The translations under genes were made by a program, and so were the position numbers. The notes under the pieces are model-generated. The model did not search any database and had not been told where the DNA came from. It saw nothing but the letters and a program-made list of their open reading frames with translations. Positions 15,892 to 24,726 of a stretch of DNA of 61,108 nucleotides are shown here, in pieces. The stretch's first letter is position 1, and the number at the start of each line of letters is the position of its first letter. Origin of the DNA: a virus; IMG/VR virus record IMGVR_UViG_3300045988_115760. One strand, written 5' to 3'.

Positions 15892-16697
15892 TCAGGAGGA
15901 GAACAGGGCCTTTATCGAATCGAGGCTCGCCTCGACCGGTTTTTTCGGCTGCTCCGTGTCCGGGGGAAGAATCGGCGTGAACTCGGGGTGCTTGCCGTTC
16001 TTGGTTTCCATGAGCCCGCACGTCAACGCGCCCACATGGTTGAAAATGCCCAACAGGAGGCTCGTGTCCTGCGAATAACGGTGATAGGAGAGCATGCGCC
16101 GTGATTCGCCCTCATCGGCGGTCTCGGATCGCATGGGATGGTTCAGCAGCCATTCGCGGTACAGGGACTCGTCATAACCCGACAAACCCTGCAGGAGTCT
16201 TACGAGAAACCCGCCGTCATACTCGTGGATGGCGGCGGGCATATCAAGGTTGTAGAAGCGTCTGAAGTCGCAGGTCAGTTCGACCGGGCAGTTTCGGTAG
16301 GCGTCCTCGACGCTTCGGATTTTCCCAGTTCGACCCTGTAGAACATGCTCAGGGCAAGGAACGCTGAGAACAGGACGTTGCCGTCACGGCCCGTGGCCCA
16401 CTGTTCGTAAGCCTTCTCGTCCTTGGCAAGACCCTTGTAGAAATCATTGGAGATGGATACGACGCGGGCGACGAGCAGGGCTGCGTCCATCGGATCATCC
16501 TTGGCGTCGAGCCCCGGCATCTGAGTGTCGAGAAGCGTGAGAAGCACCGTGAAATCAGCGGACTGCTCCGCGTTGAAGTCGCGTGCGGGAACCAGCTCTG
16601 GAAGCCCCTTCAACTCCGGGTATTCCTCGACAAGCTGGCCGAAAGTTTCGGGAAACTCCTTCTTCGGAGTCTCGGTGTCGTTTTTCTTGGCGGTCAT
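15892..16697 (-). CDS. Tail assembly chaperone frameshift product (G-T-like), made by a -1 slip at 16320..16326
   Basis: After GGGAAAA the -1 frame is open (GKIRSVEDAYRNCPVELTCDFRRFYNLD) and joins ORF 15892..16242 in frame. Confidence 0.7.
16275..16697 (-). CDS. Tail assembly chaperone (G-like, 140 aa)
   Basis: Lies between the major tail and tape measure genes; acidic; contains a slippery heptamer near its 3' end. Confidence 0.8.
   Translation of the reverse strand: MTAKKNDTETPKKEFPETFGQLVEEYPELKGLPELVPARDFNAEQSADFTVLLTLLDTQMPGLDAKDDPMDAALLVARVVSISNDFYKGLAKDEKAYEQWATGRDGNVLFSAFLALSMFYRVELGKSEASRTPTETARSN
16320..16326 (-). promoter_or_regulatory. Programmed -1 ribosomal frameshift slippery heptamer G_GGA_AAA
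   Basis: ttttccc on the + strand; zero frame reads ctG GGA AAA tcc. Confidence 0.7.
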
Positions 16698-16913
16698 TGC
16701 CGTCCTCCTATCCGTGAAACCCTATCCGTGAATGAAGAATCCCCATACGGCCCGGATAGGAGAACCGTATGGGGATGAATCAATGTCAGGCGGTGGGAGC
16801 CGGCAGCTTCACCCCGCCGAGAGTGGAAGACTGGCCCGCGAGCCGGATATCCTTGCCAGCCTCGACTGTGGCTGGCGGGTCTCCACCATCCGCAGCGCGG
16901 ATGGCTGCGGACC

Positions 16914-17519
16914 CTACTTGAAATCCTCCGGACTGAACAGCGCGTAGCCTCCAGTCTCACCGTTCGGGCCCTTCTTCAGGGCGTCGGTGGACTTGACCAC
17001 CGCGTTGAAGCTGAACTCGGCGAACTCGTCGCCGGTCAGGTCGATGGTGTCGAACGTGAAATCGGTCTCCGGCAGATACAAGCCGAAACTCAGCTTGTCG
17101 CCGTCATCGTAGGCGAGGACGAACAAGGCGAGCTTCTGCACGATCGGCTTGATGGGCACGATCACGCCGCCGTGGTCACCATCCCAGCCGCCGGTGACCT
17201 TCTTCAACGTCGCCTTGTCTCCCTGGACGCTGGCGCCGCTGACGGTGATGGTCGGGGCTTCGGTGGAAGTGCGTGCGGCGGCCATCAGCCACGTGTCGAT
17301 GGTGGTGGTGTCGCCGCCGTCCTTGCTGAAGCTGATCTTGTTGGAATTGGACGTGTGGCCGAGATTATCCCAAACGGGAGTGTCCGCGGTGCCGACCTTC
17401 ACACTACCGGAGTTCAACAGAAACTGTTTGACGCCGGCAGTCGGGATGGTGGTCTTGGCCGGGGCCGTGAACACGGTTCCTCGCGCGGCCTGAAGCAGCG
17501 CATCGCCGTTAATAGCCAT
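16914..17519 (-). CDS. Major tail protein (201 aa)
   Basis: Position upstream of the chaperones; beta-rich Thr/Gly/Val composition typical of siphovirus tube proteins. Confidence 0.8.
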   Translation of the reverse strand: MAINGDALLQAARGTVFTAPAKTTIPTAGVKQFLLNSGSVKVGTADTPVWDNLGHTSNSNKISFSKDGGDTTTIDTWLMAAARTSTEAPTITVSGASVQGDKATLKKVTGGWDGDHGGVIVPIKPIVQKLALFVLAYDDGDKLSFGLYLPETDFTFDTIDLTGDEFAEFSFNAVVKSTDALKKGPNGETGGYALFSPEDFK

Positions 17520-17587
17520 GATGGTTCCTTTCGGATATTGGATTTGGGTAAAAGAAAAGGGCCGGCCATGTGGCCGACCCCTGTAGG

Positions 17588-18046
17588 TCAGATGAGGTCC
17601 CGCGCGTCCATTGATGCGTCGAAACCGTATTCCTTGATGTTCTTGCCTTGGTTCTCCTTGGCGTCGCTGCGACGCTGTGGGGAATCAATGCTGTTGATGC
17701 GGCTTATCTTGCCCGCCGAGGTCTTCTCCTCGAACGGCCATCCCATGACGGTGCGGTACAGGTCGCGGGCAAAACCGCTCGGATTGTTCGTGTCGGCGGC
17801 GAGAACGGTGAACGATACGGTGAACCGCCACAAGCCCCTGTCAACCTGTTGGCCGGGAGACACCTCATAGAGAATCACCCGGCCGTTCTCGGTCACGGCG
17901 TTCAGGTCGAGGTCGATTTCGCTGTACACTGCGACCGACGCCCAATCCTCGTTCGGATATTCACGGTTCAACAGTTCGTAGACGACCTGTTCGGCGTCGA
18001 TGCTTTCCCTCACATCGATGGCGAGGTGTTTGAAGATGTTGTCCAT
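17588..18046 (-). CDS. Tail terminator / tail completion protein (by position)
   Basis: 152-aa ORF between the neck genes and the major tail gene. Confidence 0.55.
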   Translation of the reverse strand: MDNIFKHLAIDVRESIDAEQVVYELLNREYPNEDWASVAVYSEIDLDLNAVTENGRVILYEVSPGQQVDRGLWRFTVSFTVLAADTNNPSGFARDLYRTVMGWPFEEKTSAGKISRINSIDSPQRRSDAKENQGKNIKEYGFDASMDARDLI

Positions 18047-18052
18047 GACGGC

Positions 18053-18406
18053 CTACACCTTCAGCTTCGACGCAACGTTGCGCATGGAATGCATGCCGAC
18101 CAAACGACGTCCGGCACGATTGTTGACGTAACCGAACTCCAAATGCGAGGCGATTTCCGTTCCCTCACGGCCTTTGACGCTGAGAACGACCGAATGGTCC
18201 TGCGCATGGCCGGGGCGGACGGAGACGTCGATGCGATCCGTCAAGTCCGCTCGCGCCACCGCATGATTACGGTCGTCAACCGTTCCAACCCCCATCTGCG
18301 TTTTGACCATGACGGCCGCTTTCTCGGCTGCGGCGAGGGTTATCGAGGGGCCGAACATGAGCGCCACGTCACGGCCTATCCTCGGTCTGATGGTCACGCG
18401 GCCCAT
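18053..18406 (-). CDS. Neck protein, HK97 gp10-like (start moved to MGRVTIRP)
   Basis: The C-terminal 117 aa look coding; the upstream part of the 208-aa ORF overlaps the previous gene and is compositionally aberrant. Confidence 0.55.
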   Translation of the reverse strand: MGRVTIRPRIGRDVALMFGPSITLAAAEKAAVMVKTQMGVGTVDDRNHAVARADLTDRIDVSVRPGHAQDHSVVLSVKGREGTEIASHLEFGYVNNRAGRRLVGMHSMRNVASKLKV

Positions 18407-18932
18407 CGGCGCCCACCTCCTTCGACCATACGGGTTCGGGAATGCCACCGGGCACGTAGCCGCCGATGACCACGCGACGGCAGCGAACCTCCCAATGCTG
18501 GGAAAGCACGCTGCCGCTGCCACGCCATGTCGGATAGCCATCGGCGTCATACCAGTCGCCCTTGTACCAGATACGCGAATGAATATCACCGGGCCACTGG
18601 CGTGCGAGAATCTGCAAGGGCGTGACCTCCTGAAGGCCCCCGCCGTTCTGCCCGGAAGGACTCTTGTCCTCGGCACCACTGATGGAGAACATGCCGGCCT
18701 GCTGCGCCCGGCCTTCGACCGAACACACGACCTTCACCGGGTCGCCGACCTGCTCGTGATAGCCTCCATGCGCGTCCTGCACATGACGACGGTTGACCAC
18801 GATCACGTAATCCGTATCGAACAACTGTTGGACGCCATGGCCGGTCAATTCCGTACGGTCGTACAGGTGACCTCCGCCCAGCTCGTCGATGTCCACCCCG
18901 TCGTAGAGGTGGCCCATGTCATAGGTCTCCAT
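18369..18932 (-). CDS. Head closure / head-tail adaptor protein (start at METYDM)
   Basis: By synteny; the start chosen follows the stop of the upstream gene at 18940. Confidence 0.55.
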   Translation of the reverse strand: METYDMGHLYDGVDIDELGGGHLYDRTELTGHGVQQLFDTDYVIVVNRRHVQDAHGGYHEQVGDPVKVVCSVEGRAQQAGMFSISGAEDKSPSGQNGGGLQEVTPLQILARQWPGDIHSRIWYKGDWYDADGYPTWRGSGSVLSQHWEVRCRRVVIGGYVPGGIPEPVWSKEVGADGPRDHQTEDRP

Positions 18933-18939
18933 AAGCGCC

Positions 18940-19371
18940 TCACATGCCGTAGGCGCGGTCGAGACCCATATGCACGGTACCCATCGGGCCCATCGAGTCG
19001 GAATGGCCTTCCAACAGTGCTTTCTCACGTTTCGACACGTACAGGTTCATGGAACCGTCCTTGCCGGGCGGATTGTCCTGCGCATCGAAGTTCGTATACG
19101 AGTAGCTGCCGTTCGATTCGGTCTTGAACTGCCGGTAGCGGACGACACGCAACACCATCTGGCTCACCACATAGCCAAGCGTGCGCTCCTTCAACAGGCC
19201 GTTCTGATAACGCGGGGCCACGTTCTGGCATTCAGCCTGAACCATGTCGGCAGCGACCCCGCACTCATTGAGCAGCCATGCGTTGGGAAACCGGTCAAGG
19301 AGAAGGTCGGGCTGGTCGAGCGCGTTGACACGCAACCATTTCAGCCAGTTGATGGAATCGATGGAAGCCAC
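18940..19371 (-). CDS. Head-tail connector protein (143 aa)
   Basis: First gene after the major capsid gene. Confidence 0.6.
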   Translation of the reverse strand: MASIDSINWLKWLRVNALDQPDLLLDRFPNAWLLNECGVAADMVQAECQNVAPRYQNGLLKERTLGYVVSQMVLRVVRYRQFKTESNGSYSYTNFDAQDNPPGKDGSMNLYVSKREKALLEGHSDSMGPMGTVHMGLDRAYGM

Positions 19372-19383
19372 GACCCCTCCTTA

Positions 19384-20454
19384 CTATCCGAGGACGGAAG
19401 CCTTCGCGGTGCTGACGGCCTCCTGCAGGATCGGCATCATCGTGCCGTTGGCCCACAGGTCGTACTTGACCGGGGCGCCACCGGAGAACATGGCTCCGAT
19501 GAAACCGTCGTTCACGCTCTTGTTGATGCCGTATTCGGGATCCTGTCCTTCTGCTGTCGGGCCGGAGGCGGTGAAACCAAGACCCGTATCGTTGAACGAC
19601 GGGAACATGATGAACGTGCCGTTGGGGATCAGCGTGTTCGTGTCCACCGGCATCTTGAAGCCGTTGTTGACCTCAAGGTCGGTGTACAGCACGTCGATCA
19701 TGCGCACGTCGGCGAGGCCGCAGGCGGTACGCAGCACGTCCAGCACTTCGGCGCGGGTCAGGCGCGGCTTCGAATTGGCAAGGGAAACGCCCGTGTATTC
19801 GGTGATGAACGACTCGTTGGTGCGCAGCGCGTCGATGACCTTGCTGGTGGTCAGCGCGGCACCCGGAGTACGGCCACGCTCCTTCTTGATGGCGTCCACC
19901 CACTTCTGCACGTCGGTGACCGGATCGGACTTCACGTCCGACCAGACTTTGGCGGGAGTGAGCTTGGAGATGCTGGTCGGACGGTCGAACGTCCACGTGT
20001 TGGCCTTCAGGCCGTTCTCCTCGACGGTGATCTTCGCGTCCACCATGGCGGCGATGCGGGCCAGTTCGATGCGTACGGCGGCTTCCTGGCCCAACTGGGT
20101 GAGGATTTCCACGGCCTTGTCATGCAGCCACGTGGAATCGCCCGTGTGGTTGATGACGTCGCGTTCGGAGATGTGGCCCATCTTCGACAGCGGGATAAGG
20201 CCCGTGTAGTTCTCGCCGGACTGGGCGACGGTCTTGCCGTGAGCGGCCTCCGCGTCCCAGGCGCGGAACTTCATGGCGTCGGTCTCCTTCGGCGGGATGA
20301 TCTTCTGCCACGTCACCGTGTCCTTGCCGTCATTCGACTTGACGGGGAACACGGAGCCGAACGGCAGCAGGCCGTCGATGAAATCGAAGCCGGACTGCAC
20401 CACACCCGACGCCTCGGACGGGCTGATGATGTTCTTTTCCAGGGTTCCACTCAT
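19384..20454 (-). CDS. Major capsid protein, lambda gpE-like (356 aa)
   Basis: Size; position after the scaffold and decoration-position genes; similarity by eye to E-like capsid proteins. Confidence 0.8.
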   Translation of the reverse strand: MSGTLEKNIISPSEASGVVQSGFDFIDGLLPFGSVFPVKSNDGKDTVTWQKIIPPKETDAMKFRAWDAEAAHGKTVAQSGENYTGLIPLSKMGHISERDVINHTGDSTWLHDKAVEILTQLGQEAAVRIELARIAAMVDAKITVEENGLKANTWTFDRPTSISKLTPAKVWSDVKSDPVTDVQKWVDAIKKERGRTPGAALTTSKVIDALRTNESFITEYTGVSLANSKPRLTRAEVLDVLRTACGLADVRMIDVLYTDLEVNNGFKMPVDTNTLIPNGTFIMFPSFNDTGLGFTASGPTAEGQDPEYGINKSVNDGFIGAMFSGGAPVKYDLWANGTMMPILQEAVSTAKASVLG

Positions 20455-20521
20455 TGAGGGTTCCTTTCAGATATACGAAAGCCCGCCACAATGGGCGGGC
20501 TTATAAGGGTTGTTGGATTGG

Positions 20522-21316
20522 TTACTTGGCGATGCCGGATGCCTTGAGTGCGGTCACGATGTCCGCCGCGCTGGCGCCCGCCGCGATGGTCACCTGCTTG
20601 ACGCCGCCGAGCGCGTTCGCCGTGGCGGCGGCCAGCGTGTAGGCGGGGGGAATCGTCGGCTTGTCCTTCAGGCTGTTGTAGGAGCCGTCGAAATTCGAGT
20701 TGCCGGTGCCGGCGCCGATGGCGGTGCGAGCTGCGGCGGCATCGTTGGCGGTCAGGATGCTGCGGCCGACGGTGGAGGCGTCGGTGATGTTCGCCGCGGT
20801 GACCGTTGCTGGAACCGTGATGTTGGAGATGGCCGAAGCGTTGGACAGCGGGGTGACGGTATCGTCCTCGATGTCGAAGAAGCTGCCGCCCCACACCGCG
20901 CCGTCGGCGGGAACGACCGGCAGCTTGCTCTTGATGATGTCACCACGGTAGCGCATGCCGACGTTCGCACCGTTGACCACATCCCAGCCGCCGAACGTGA
21001 CGCTGATCTCCACCATGCTTTCCAGCAGGCCGGCGATCTTGTTCTGACGGCCATCGGTAGCATTCGGGTCATACGGGCCGTATTCGCCGCTGGCGGTGAT
21101 CTTGGCCAGCGGGATGCCGCTCTTGATCCAGATGGTCGTGGCCTTGTCGCCCAGGCCGGTCAGGTATTTGTCGCGCTTCGTCTTGTCGTTCACGTTGAAC
21201 GTGGACAGGTCGAGGGTGACGCTCACGGTGCCGTCATCGGTGTGGTTGCCGAAACGCCACTCGTTGTTCTCCTCCACGGTCACGATGCCGGTGGAGCGCA
21301 CATTCTCGTATGCCAT
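20522..21316 (-). CDS. Capsid-associated protein in the decoration position (264 aa)
   Basis: Lies between the scaffold and major capsid genes; the C-terminus carries fibre-like motifs (AAAARTAIGAGT, SYNSLKDKPT). Confidence 0.55.
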   Translation of the reverse strand: MAYENVRSTGIVTVEENNEWRFGNHTDDGTVSVTLDLSTFNVNDKTKRDKYLTGLGDKATTIWIKSGIPLAKITASGEYGPYDPNATDGRQNKIAGLLESMVEISVTFGGWDVVNGANVGMRYRGDIIKSKLPVVPADGAVWGGSFFDIEDDTVTPLSNASAISNITVPATVTAANITDASTVGRSILTANDAAAARTAIGAGTGNSNFDGSYNSLKDKPTIPPAYTLAAATANALGGVKQVTIAAGASAADIVTALKASGIAK

Positions 21317-21346
21317 GTGCTTTTCCTTTCGATTGAATGTTTGTGG

Positions 21347-21982
21347 TTACTTGGCGGAGCGGGCTTGGCGCCTCTGCTCCTGACGTGCCTTGGCGGCGGC
21401 GTATCCGTCTGCGTATGTGCCGGAACGAATCTTCGGGGTTCCCTCGCCACGGGTGCGTGCCCCCTGTTCGGCCTTCTCGCGGACGGGTTCGGATTTCGTC
21501 GGAGCCGCGACCGGGTTGAGCGCCGCGTACTTCTCGGCCCATTCGGAAATCTTCTCCGGTTCGGTCTCGCCGCACAGGGCGAACACGTCGTCGCTGATTT
21601 GCGGGTGGGCCTTCTGGGCCTTCATACGCGCGTTCTCCACCTGCAAGTCATGCAGCTGGCTCTGGGACTCCTCGTAGGCGGCTTCGGTCTTGCGAAGCTG
21701 CTCGTAGTTGTCCTTGGCCTGCTTCTCATGCTTGCGGGACAATGCCTTCCAGTCGGGACCGTTTTCCGTCTCATCGACACTGTTCGCGGCAAGTTTCTCG
21801 GCGGTCACTGCGTTGGCGATGATGCTCTGTGGGGTCACGCTGTTAGCGGCGGACATGGCAGCGATGACGGGACCAGTGATCGAGCTGTTCGCGGTGGAAA
21901 CCGTGCCGGTGTTGGCCGTGACGGTCTGGCCGGCGTTCTGAGAACCGTCCGTGACGGTCTGATTCTCCTGATTGTTAGCCAT
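21347..21982 (-). CDS. Scaffolding protein (211 aa)
   Basis: Helical, charged, Ala/Glu/Lys/Gln-rich; lies upstream of the capsid genes. Confidence 0.75.
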   Translation of the reverse strand: MANNQENQTVTDGSQNAGQTVTANTGTVSTANSSITGPVIAAMSAANSVTPQSIIANAVTAEKLAANSVDETENGPDWKALSRKHEKQAKDNYEQLRKTEAAYEESQSQLHDLQVENARMKAQKAHPQISDDVFALCGETEPEKISEWAEKYAALNPVAAPTKSEPVREKAEQGARTRGEGTPKIRSGTYADGYAAAKARQEQRRQARSAK

Positions 21983-21997
21983 GATGGCCTTTCTGTG

Positions 21998-23086
21998 TCA
22001 GGCAGCGGTGCCGAGCATCGACTGCACTTGGTTAAGCAGGGCACGTTGGTATGCCCATGATTGCCTCAGATGGATTGACGGCTTGAACCTGTAGGTTCGG
22101 CCCTCGTATCTGAAGGAGACTTCCTTGCCGGTGTCGGACACCTGCTTGTAGCGTTTGGAGAACTCGATCGCACGGTCCTTCATCCGCTGGAACTGCTGGA
22201 GCGTGGTTTTCCGGTCCGGCGTGGTCCACTTGTCGGAATCCTTGCCGGGAACCGAATTGGGTGTATCCCTCGCGTCCTGCGCCATGAGAATCGGGCCGAG
22301 CTCGCCGTGCGTGATGGTCTTGACTCTCACGTTCTTCAACGCCGCCGCAGTGGTGCCTCCGGCCTGTTCGTAGAGCTTTTTGAGATCGTCGGAGTTCAAT
22401 TGGAATCCGGGATCATAATCGGAGCCTGCCGGGGCGACGCCGCACTTGCAGTTCGCGTGCAGGGGGAGCAGGGCTGCGGTCGAATACCATCGGTCTGCGG
22501 CGGCTATGCACAGGCCGCACGAGCCGGAACGGGAAAGCTCCGGGTGAAGCACTCTGCGGTATTCGAGCACCTTGCTGCCCCGATACCGGCCCAATGTGGC
22601 GTCTGTGGAGGCGCGCTCCACGTCATCCCAGACGTTGGTCTGCAATCGTTGCAACGCGGATTGCAGCCACTTGTTGACCTCATCGAACAGCTCATCGCCC
22701 TTCTTGGGCCATGTCTCCGGCCTTATATCGGGGTTCTTGACGGCTTCGCCGCGATACGATTCGGCGGGGCGCGCGGCCACAAGCCACGGGTCGGTGTTGA
22801 CCCTCGGATAGACGAGCTGCTGCACATTGCCGGCGGGAGCGACGCCCACCATGCGCAGCGTCTGGTCGGCGTAGCTGACGCCCAGCCTGCGCACCTGGCC
22901 TATCAGGGCGAGTTCCAGCAATGCGAGCCTCGCGGCTGCGCCGTAGGTCACGGCGTCGTTCCACCAGTCGGCTGGCGTGAGGCTGAGCCACATGGTGCGG
23001 GCCAGCCTCACGTACTCGTTGACGAGCCTCTGACGCGAGGATTGGAGCGCGTTGGACGCGACCTCCAAGGTCATGACGGCCATCAT
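21998..23086 (-). CDS. Head morphogenesis protein (SPP1 gp7 / Mu F-like)
   Basis: Follows the portal gene with an ATGA-type overlap; Cys cluster CGLC...CKC typical of this family. Confidence 0.75.
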   Translation of the reverse strand: MMAVMTLEVASNALQSSRQRLVNEYVRLARTMWLSLTPADWWNDAVTYGAAARLALLELALIGQVRRLGVSYADQTLRMVGVAPAGNVQQLVYPRVNTDPWLVAARPAESYRGEAVKNPDIRPETWPKKGDELFDEVNKWLQSALQRLQTNVWDDVERASTDATLGRYRGSKVLEYRRVLHPELSRSGSCGLCIAAADRWYSTAALLPLHANCKCGVAPAGSDYDPGFQLNSDDLKKLYEQAGGTTAAALKNVRVKTITHGELGPILMAQDARDTPNSVPGKDSDKWTTPDRKTTLQQFQRMKDRAIEFSKRYKQVSDTGKEVSFRYEGRTYRFKPSIHLRQSWAYQRALLNQVQSMLGTAA

Positions 23087-24705
23087 TCACCGTCCACGGT
23101 CGGAGGTTCATCCGCCTGCACCACGTCGTTTTCACTCGTGGTATCGGTGAACGCGAGAGAATCCGTCTCGTCGGGCAGAACACCCGCCGACTGCTGCGCG
23201 GTCTTGCCTTCGATCATCGCGTTCTCGGAGGCCATGGCCTGAGCGAACTGCGTGTCCATGAGGTCCTGCATGGCCTCGGCTATCTCAATCTCGGTCATGC
23301 CGTAGCTGCGGCGCATGTTCGTCTTGACGGGAAGAATGCCCTTCGAATAGTTCGCAGCCTGAGCCTGCTCCAACTGGGATGGCGGGTTGATGGGCTTCCA
23401 CACGGTCTCGAACCGTTCGCCTGCGGCACTGTTGCCATCGGCCTCCAACGCCATGCGCATGAGACGGGTGAACCCGTCATTGGCACGCGCGTTCATGTCC
23501 TCGACCTTGAACACCAGACCCTCGCGCTTCAGCTGTGCGCCTTCCGCGCTGCCGGAGACATCGGGGCTGAGAATATCCAACGGCGTTCCCGAGGAGGCGG
23601 CGAGATGCTTGATGTCGGAAGCCACGGCGGTGATGAGCGGATTGATGTCCGTGACGCCGGACTCCCAGAACTTAGCGTCACCGGGAACCAGCCACAATGC
23701 GTCGGGCCCCTGCTGGAACAGATCCTTGTAGTCGATCCGGTCCCCGGCCTGAGCCAATCCGTCACGCACCTGCGGGTCGGACTCCTTGTAGAACTGAGGC
23801 ATGTTGCTCATCGACACGGCACGCTGTTTGAACGCCTGCAATTCCTGAATGCAGAAACGCTGGAACCGCTGCTGGTCGATGCTGCCCAATGTAGGGATAT
23901 GCGGCTCGAACTGGCCCTTGCCGCCCGGCGCGTGCATGCGCACGATGGGAAGGCATTCGCATTTCTCCGCGAAATCATAGGAGCTTTCCGCACCGCCATC
24001 CCATTGGAACGTGGGTGACAGCGTTGGATGAATCTTGGAATCGTCGTTGGCGATGCCGTAGATCTCCTCCTCGTCACCTTCTTCAAGGAGGCTTCGGGAG
24101 TCGGTCTCGTTGTAGGCGATGCGGCAGTAGACGTCCTTCACGCTGCCGTCATCATTGCGTATCAGACGGTAGAGGGCGAGATATTCGCAGCCCTCGCTGG
24201 CCTTGTACCAGTAGTTGACCGCCGAATCCTCGTCCGAGGAGACGTACGTGTTCCACGGGCTGAGCACCGTGATATGCGATGGCAGCTTGTTCTTGTTGAC
24301 CAGTGCGTAGGCGTTGCCGTATACGGCGAGATCGTGGAACATCTGACGGCTCTTCAATTCCATGCGGCACTGGGACCACATGTCGTCCGCCTTAGTGGAA
24401 CGCATCGTCTTGTCGGCGATGAGCCGGAACCCGGTGGGCCGCTGGCGGTGTATCACCGCGTCGGCGATGGCCTTCGCCAAATCCAACTGGCAGATGGAGA
24501 CGAACCTCTGGTAGACCGCGTAGCCGGACTGGTTGGTGCTTTTCGGAATCGACTTGACCGGCACCTGCTCCTTGCCGTCGTAGAACGTCTTCAACGTGCA
24601 CAGGGTCGGAATACGGGATACGAGGCCGTTCGCCAGCTGGGTCAGCAGCATGGCATCGCCGTCAGGCTCCTCGTCGCCGGGGATAAGGCTCTGCAGTTCG
24701 GCCAA
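23083..24705 (-). CDS. Portal protein (540 aa)
   Basis: Size and position directly after the terminase large subunit. Confidence 0.85.
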   Translation of the reverse strand: MAELQSLIPGDEEPDGDAMLLTQLANGLVSRIPTLCTLKTFYDGKEQVPVKSIPKSTNQSGYAVYQRFVSICQLDLAKAIADAVIHRQRPTGFRLIADKTMRSTKADDMWSQCRMELKSRQMFHDLAVYGNAYALVNKNKLPSHITVLSPWNTYVSSDEDSAVNYWYKASEGCEYLALYRLIRNDDGSVKDVYCRIAYNETDSRSLLEEGDEEEIYGIANDDSKIHPTLSPTFQWDGGAESSYDFAEKCECLPIVRMHAPGGKGQFEPHIPTLGSIDQQRFQRFCIQELQAFKQRAVSMSNMPQFYKESDPQVRDGLAQAGDRIDYKDLFQQGPDALWLVPGDAKFWESGVTDINPLITAVASDIKHLAASSGTPLDILSPDVSGSAEGAQLKREGLVFKVEDMNARANDGFTRLMRMALEADGNSAAGERFETVWKPINPPSQLEQAQAANYSKGILPVKTNMRRSYGMTEIEIAEAMQDLMDTQFAQAMASENAMIEGKTAQQSAGVLPDETDSLAFTDTTSENDVVQADEPPTVDGE

Positions 24706-24726
24706 TGCGGCCTCCTTTCATCAGAT

